Assembly (NCBI RefSeq): GCF_964188315.1
Contig: NC_135655.1
Coordinates: 71,424,001 to 71,488,000, forward strand
Source: Podarcis muralis
Taxonomy: Eukaryota
Direction of reading: 5' to 3'
Length of the DNA: 64,000 bases
In this document: positions 58,170 to 64,000 of the stretch, in pieces
Layout of the letters: every line of letters starts with the position of its first letter
How positions within the stretch are numbered: the stretch's first letter is position 1
Notes under the pieces: generated by a model
The model's database searches: none
The model's input: only the letters and a program-made list of their open reading frames with translations
Told to the model about the DNA's origin: nothing
Made by a program: the position numbers and the translations under genes

Positions 58170-59230
58170 GATTTCTTTTGACGCCACGGATTCCAGCTTC
58201 GAAAGTTTATTGCCTAGTACTCAGCTACGTACAGGAGCTGTTTCTTGGTCGGAGTTTTTTTATTTATTTATCCCACTTTAACTACTCAAGCTGTTGAAGT
58301 TGACTTTTTGACCATGCGAAGCTTCCGTGCGATTTTAAGTTTCGCGGCTGCTCTCTGCCTGTCCACTATCTGCGTCAGGTCCAAATACAGCCAAAGCTCG
58401 CAATCTCATAAGGGAAAGCGAAACCTTTCACAGGTGAAGGACGATTGTGGGAACTTGGCGAGTTCTTCGCGTGGAAGGAAAACCGCGCCTCACCAGCGAG
58501 ACCCATGGACTGGGGAGGTGGGTTGGCGGCCCGCAGGTGCCTCCTGCTCGGCTTCTCGGTGTTCCTCTGTGGCGTCGTCGTCCTCCAGCCGGCAGGTAAA
58601 CAGAGCGGGCGAGGGGCGTCGCTGCTGCAGGGGCTGCTTCCTCTAAAGGCCGCTCGGCAGCCGCAGGGCGACTCGCGCCCTGAGTTCGGCTCCTGCTTGG
58701 GGGAAAGAGCGCGGAGCTCGCTCTCGCCCCGGGGGAAACAAGCGGAAACTCCTGGATGTAGGGGAGAGCTAGTAGGGGAGCTGAGTGGGGCAGCACAGGC
58801 CACCCGCTCGCCCTCTCTTGGAGAAGCGAGTTTTGTGACAAGGGGCGAGGCGGACGCTAACTAACGAGAGTAAGGCGGACTAAGGGGGACACTTGTTTGG
58901 AGCAGAGGAGGAGGAAGGGGGCGCTTTGTAATTGCTCCTCCGTGGAAAGCCCAGCTCCTCCTTGCGCCTCTTCCTCGCGGAAATGGTGCCCACTAGGCTC
59001 GACATGCAGTTGTGCTTTTGAGACTAGGGAGTTTTCTCTACGTATTTCTGGGGCACGGATTGGAGCCATAGCGCGTGTGGAAGGAGAGAGAAACCCTTAA
59101 CGGAATCCACACTGGACACCCGGCGTCTTCAGCTTGCATTGGGGAAGCGGGAGAAACTCTAGCGCTTGAGGAGAAATCCCTGAGAGCGGAGTGTCAAATC
59201 CGCCAACCAGCTGCGTTACCGTCTGGATCT
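58170..59230. promoter_or_regulatory. CpG island / promoter of NCR3LG1-like gene
   Basis: CpG-rich stretch around the signal-peptide exon; IRF-type GAAAGCGAAAC at 58414-58424. Confidence 0.75.
58505..58595 (+). CDS. NCR3LG1: NCR3LG1-like exon 1 (signal peptide)
   Basis: cccATGg; MDWGGGLAARRCLLLGFSVFLCGVVVLQPA then G|gtaaac; 91 nt, phase 1. Confidence 0.75.
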
Positions 59231-62200
59231 GCAGGGGGCACGTTGTTGTTGTTGTTGTTAACTAAATTTTTTTAAAAAATAAATTTTATTAGTATTTTCC
59301 ACACAACAACAACAACACGAAATATAACAAAAAATAATAGTGCACAACACACAAAAATCAACATTCAAAAACTAAAGAAAGCAACAACAACAAAAACAAA
59401 CAAACAAAAACAAATCCATATCTTACAAGTTAATATTATAAACACTAAAACAACAACAAGTCATTGACTTCCACCATTCCCACAGCACCTCCTTTATCTC
59501 TCATTGTGTCTTCCTGTTTTCTTTATCATCTCTATCCTAACATCTAGATATAAATCCTTCTTTCATATCCTTTCACTTCACCTTATTATTATTAACTAAA
59601 TTTCTATATTGTACTGCCCTTCATCCGAGGATCACAGAGCGGCTTACAACATAAAAACACAAAAATACATAACATAGTAACAAACTAAAGCAATAACCCC
59701 CTCACAGGTCATATAGATGGTTTAAATAGCCAAAGGCATGGGAGAAGAGGAATGTTTTTGCCTAGCACATGGATGGAGCTAAGGAGTGGGTAAAACAATA
59801 GAAATACTTAACTGAGCAATCACGTTGGTTCTGCCCCCTAACAAAAGTCCTGCTCCCCAACACAAATCCTGGCTATGCCCATAGCCTGGCATACCTAAAG
59901 ATATGTCACAAAGGCACCAGGCAAGCCTTCCTGGGGAGAGCATTCCACAAGTGGGGAGCCACCACAGAAACGGCCCGTTGCCAACCTCCAGACTACTCAC
60001 AGAGGGGGCACATGAAGAAGGGCCACAAATGACAATCATAGGGTTTGGGTTGGTTCATATGGGGATAGGCAGTCCTTGAGGTATTTCAGTCCTGAGCCAT
60101 TTAAGGTTTTATAGGTCAAAACCAGCACTTTGAATTGGGCCCAGAAACTAATTGGCAGCCAGTGCAGTTGGGCCAGGATCAGTATAATATGCTCAAACTG
60201 TCTTGCCCTGGTGAGCAGCACCTGGGGTTTCTGAACCATCCTCAGAGGCACTCCCACTTATAACATGTTGCAGTCATCTAACCTAGAGGTTACTAGAGCA
60301 TAGGCAACAGAAGTTAGGCTTTATCTGTCCAGACAGGGGGCGCAGGTGGGCCAGCTGTAGGAGCTGATGGAGGTCACTCTGTGCCACTGGGGCCACCTGA
60401 GCCTCAGGTGACAGCAGTGAATCCAGAAGCACCTCCCTTCAGAGGGAGTGTAACCCCATCAGGAGTTTTGGCAACTTGTGTGAAAATGAACAAGCCTTCA
60501 TTCCTGGCTAAAATTTGGCCCTTTGGCATGCTGTTGACTTTCCAGAAGCCCTAACTCAGCAACAGGAAATTCTCTGGCCTCTAGATGGCACTGTGAATCC
60601 CAGAAAAGCAGTTCAAGTTGAGAAAGAGAAAGAAAAAAAACAGTCGTTAAATTAAAATAACCCTCAAGTCAGAGCAACAGCCTAATAACAGTTAGTGACA
60701 GGAAATCAGCTTGATCTTTTCATTGCTAAAACCCATATAGGCTACACAAACATAAATGAAATATAGAAAAAGAAAGGGATCCTCAACATTTTGCCATTGT
60801 CTATCCTAAAATATTATTGACTGCCCATTCCTTAGTGTTAAAGATTAGAGCAAAGTTCACAGGTGAAATATAGGAGACTATGTTACCAGCATGAGTTTGA
60901 CCAAACTGCAGGAGGTAGTGGAGGACAGAGGTGTCTGGTGTGCTCTGGTCCATGGGGTCACGAAGAGTCGGACACGACTAAACGACTAAACAACAATGGT
61001 TTAAGGTTTTGGTTTTTTGGTCCCATTTTACTACCAGGAACCCTGCTGCTGGCTTCTACTGGAGGGTCAGGTTAGTTGAATCCAACCCTATATTTCTGAA
61101 AGGGTCATTCCACACCAAATCACCTGGTGCCATGTGCTCTCATGACTTAGATTTTCTTCAGGATTTTTTTTGTTATGTGTAGATACCTATGAGATAACTT
61201 CAAATTATTTTTTAAAATATTTTTTGGTCTAAAATTGGGGGCAGGATAATTTTTTGAAAATTTCAATTTTCATGCAATTTAGGCGGGTGGTGCTGTGGTC
61301 TAAACCACAGAGCCAGGTCTTGCCGATTGGAAGGTCGGTCGTTCGAATCTCCACAATGGGGTGAGCTCCCATTGCTCGGTCCCTGCTCCTGCCAACCTAG
61401 CAGTTCGAAAACACATCAAAGTGCAAGTAGATAAATAGGTACCGCTCCGGCGGGAAGGTAAACAGCGTTTCCGTGCACTGCTCTGGTTTCGCCAGAAGCG
61501 GCTTAGTCATTCTGGCAACATGACCTGGAAAAAGTGCCTGCAGACAAATGGCAGCTCCCTTGGCCAGTAAAGCGAGATGAGTGCCGCAACCCCAGAGTCG
61601 TTCACAACTGGACTTAACTGTCAGGGGTCCTTTACCTTTTTAGGCTAATGCAATTTCTCTGTCAGTTTAGAAAAAAAACCTCCTGTTTCACTTATTTTTT
61701 AACCGATTGGGCCTATTTTGGTATCAAAATAAAGGTAATTGTGGTCTCTTTCAAAATAAGGTATCAAAATGGCATTAAGTGCCACTGGAAAGGGTCACCG
61801 ACTATTTTGTTATTTTGTTTCCCATACATGTAATAAGGGCAGTGATGAATCATAGCCTCCTACTGTTAGAAAGGTCAAAAGACTATTTGCAATAATGCTA
61901 TTTTTTTTTAATTTACGAAGAATCTCTGAAAGTGACAATGGAAAGTCGGATGGTGGCAGTCTTGGATACAGATGTGATGATACCATGTGAGATCTCTGAA
62001 TACAGTACTCCAGAGCTAAAGATTGCAAAAATTGCTGTTGAGTGGTATTGGAAGCCTTCTTCCAAGGAAGTGGAAAATAGAGTATACAGCATTGTTTCTG
62101 GAGTGCCTAAATCTTATAGAAGCGGTGCAAAAATGGATGAAAGTGAACTGATAAAAGGCAATGCTGCACTTACCCTCCCCCAAATACAGATTAGTGAAGA

Positions 62201-62271
62201 AGGAATATACAGATGTTCTGTGACTGTTACCCCAGATTCAAATGAAGGAACCACTGTTGTAGAGCTAATTG
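58505..62271 (+). CDS. NCR3LG1: NCR3LG1 (B7-H6)-like immunoglobulin superfamily gene, 5' part
   Basis: Signal-peptide exon plus IgV exon, phase 1/1. IgV resembles recalled human B7-H6 (LKV-M, W-WK, R-GA, G-A-L-LP-IQ--E-G-YRC-V-VTP). Syntenic position immediately 3' of NUCB2. Confidence 0.85.
59600..60470 (-). mobile_element. L2-like LINE 3' fragment(s)
   Basis: ORF-track peptide ILAQLHWLPISFWAQFKVLVLTYKTLNGSG..YLKD is typical of the L2 ORF2 C-terminus; 3' end ttgtactgcccttcatccgaggatcacagagcggctt. Confidence 0.7.
60885..60996 (+). mobile_element. BovB (RTE) LINE 3' end
   Basis: ccatggggtcacgaagagtcggacacgactaaacgactaaacaacaa terminus. Confidence 0.85.
61282..61640 (+). mobile_element. Sauria SINE
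   Basis: Full-length copy, same subfamily as 24038 and 39046. Confidence 0.88.
61921..62271 (+). CDS. NCR3LG1: NCR3LG1-like exon 2 (IgV domain)
   Basis: 351 nt, (E)SLKVTMESRMVAVLDTDVMIPC...VEWYWK...GNAALTLPQIQISEEGIYRCSVTVTPDSNEGTTVVELI; gaag / gtaagt. Confidence 0.9.
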
Positions 62272-62634
62272 GTAAGTATTTATGTTGAACAAGTTTGTAG
62301 AAAACTTACAGAGAATGAACTTGTACATTTCAGAATTTCCCAGTAGCTTTAAGGTCTAACTAAGCATTATATAAGGAAATGTATGCGATATCACCCATCT
62401 TTAGAGAAAAGTCACTTTGCAAGACAGTAATTTAGAACAGAGAACTATGGGGGTGCGAGAAGCATGCTTAATCCTTTTCCCCAAGCACCAAAATACATTC
62501 CAAGCTGCTTCAGCCTCCCCCTCCCCCAGGAGATGCAGGTTTGGAACCGTGTTGGGTTGGTTTGGTACAGCGAGAGAAAAGGAAAGTGTTAAACTTCTAC
62601 CAACCTTTCTTAACTATAAATCACCTGCTTGGGA

Positions 62635-62815
62635 ATCATGGAACTGTAGAATTGTAGAGTTGGAATGGGATCCCAACGGAATCTCAACTAGATCATACAT
62701 GGCAGATGGCTATCCAATCTCTGCTTTAAAACTTCCAAAGAAGGAGAGTCTGCTACCTTCCAAGGGAGTCTGTTCTAATGTCAAACAGCTCTTAAGAAGC
62801 GTATCTCTTTTAAAA
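62635..62815 (-). mobile_element. CR1 LINE 3' fragment
   Basis: gaatcatggaactgtagaattgtagagttggaa...ctatccaatctctgctttaaaac, antisense CR1 terminus. Confidence 0.65.
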
Positions 62816-64000
62816 AAAGTCACTTTGTGTTATGGAAAGGTATAGCTGACTCTTAAAAGTTTTGCTAAGCAATTTCTTATATACCAAGTGGGACCTGCCA
62901 CAAAACGTCGTATTGTGGAGTGCACCAACTAAGGCCTCCAGACACTCAGGTGGTATCCAAGATACCCCATTGCATTCTCTATTCATCACCCCAATTTTTC
63001 ATGCTCCCCATTCCCAACAGGTTGTCAGTATTTTGTGGCTACTAAGCATGCTCTTTTTTTGGGGGGGGGGATGCCTCCTTAGATTTCCCCCTGTGGTTGT
63101 TGTTTTACTTCTGCATGCTACTATCTCCTCCTTGTGTCTTAGTAGCCTTCTTTTGGTGTTGTCACTCAACACCTGAGCTCTATTCGACAGACTGATATTA
63201 TCATATATATTTGAAACACTTGAAGCCAAAGAATTGGCTGGTTAGTTCAAATGAATCTTTGAAAGTTAAGTCCACTCCCATTGCCTTCTTTGCCCTCACT
63301 GCGCTTTTAGAATTGCCAGATCACAAAAGCTACGCTAACAATAGAAGCTGCCACTGACATAATTATCTTCTCAGGGTCTAGGTTCTAAATTGTAATAATC
63401 CTATATATAAGTATATATGTATGTATACCTGTAAAATTTGTTCTGTATCCTTCAGTGTCAAAATGCTATGAAGGCAGCTTAACTACTTAAACAATACAAT
63501 GATAAATAAAGAGCAACAAAAATAACAAAGCAGCGGAAGAAAAAAATAACTTCATATCAATGGTGGAAAAAAATAAACCAGCTGGTATTTTGAAGGACCT
63601 GGGAACATAAAATGCCCCTCCATGTCAGCTGACACTCCAGGTCCGTTATTTACCTTTCTGCTTTTTCCATCCAGTTGTGCAGAGTCGTTTTTAACTCTAG
63701 TTTTGCCCAATTTTGGTATTCTCCTGGACTCCTTTCTTCAGCTCTTTGCCTCCACCATTATTTCCCCCCAAGTTCCTTCTTGTTCATTTTTATTACAACC
63801 AAGGCTCTTGACCAGCCTTCTTAGTAGGCTTCCCCCCTTCCCACCCATAGCACACAGCTCCCCTTGACCCACAAAACACCTTCTTCAGGACTTCTCTTCT
63901 GTGCCTCTTGCCCCAGCCTTCTCCTTCTGCTTAAACAACCCTCACCCCAGGTTTTTAATTTAGACCATGTCCTTCTGAGAAATCAGGAGTATGAACTATG

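Noticed and set aside
58245-59100. Several 130-140 aa ORFs on both strands at the NCR3LG1 CpG island
   Set aside because: GC-driven open frames; only 58505-58595 has signal-peptide character and a phase-1 donor
1-64000. CRISPR arrays, rRNA genes, prokaryotic or viral operons
   Set aside because: Intron-rich vertebrate DNA; no regularly spaced repeat-spacer array, rRNA-like or gag/pol/env sequence seen

Overview
Vertebrate genomic DNA, almost certainly a squamate and probably a lacertid lizard (Sauria SINEs, BovB/RTE, L1, L2, CR1, Penelope and Tc1/mariner and hAT MITE repeats). Three genes lie in the conserved amniote order PIK3C2A-NUCB2-NCR3LG1. (1) PIK3C2A, minus strand: 13 phase-consistent coding exons between 15283 and 95, continuing off the left edge. 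Its large N-terminal coding exon(s) are not visible and probably lie in the 200-N gap at 15796-15995. (2) NUCB2 (nucleobindin-2/nesfatin-1 precursor), plus strand, head-to-head with PIK3C2A on a shared CpG island (~24760-25420): 12 clear coding exons from 35233 to the stop at 53802. The codon orthologous to Met1 is ATA, and an in-frame ATG in the upstream first exon (25320, MNHSEIK) appears to replace it, giving a predicted 466-aa protein. (3) NCR3LG1/B7-H6-like, plus strand: signal-peptide exon (58505-58595) and IgV exon (61921-62271), continuing off the right edge. The best second-look items are the NUCB2 start-codon relocation, a minimal type I hammerhead ribozyme fold in a Penelope-like fragment (10287-10324), highly palindromic MITEs, a TSD-flanked L1 insertion next to a NUCB2 exon, an IRF element upstream of NCR3LG1, and a NUCB2 last exon open in all three frames. 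All assignments come from manual reading and recalled family sequences; no searches were run. I see no wholly new multi-gene system.
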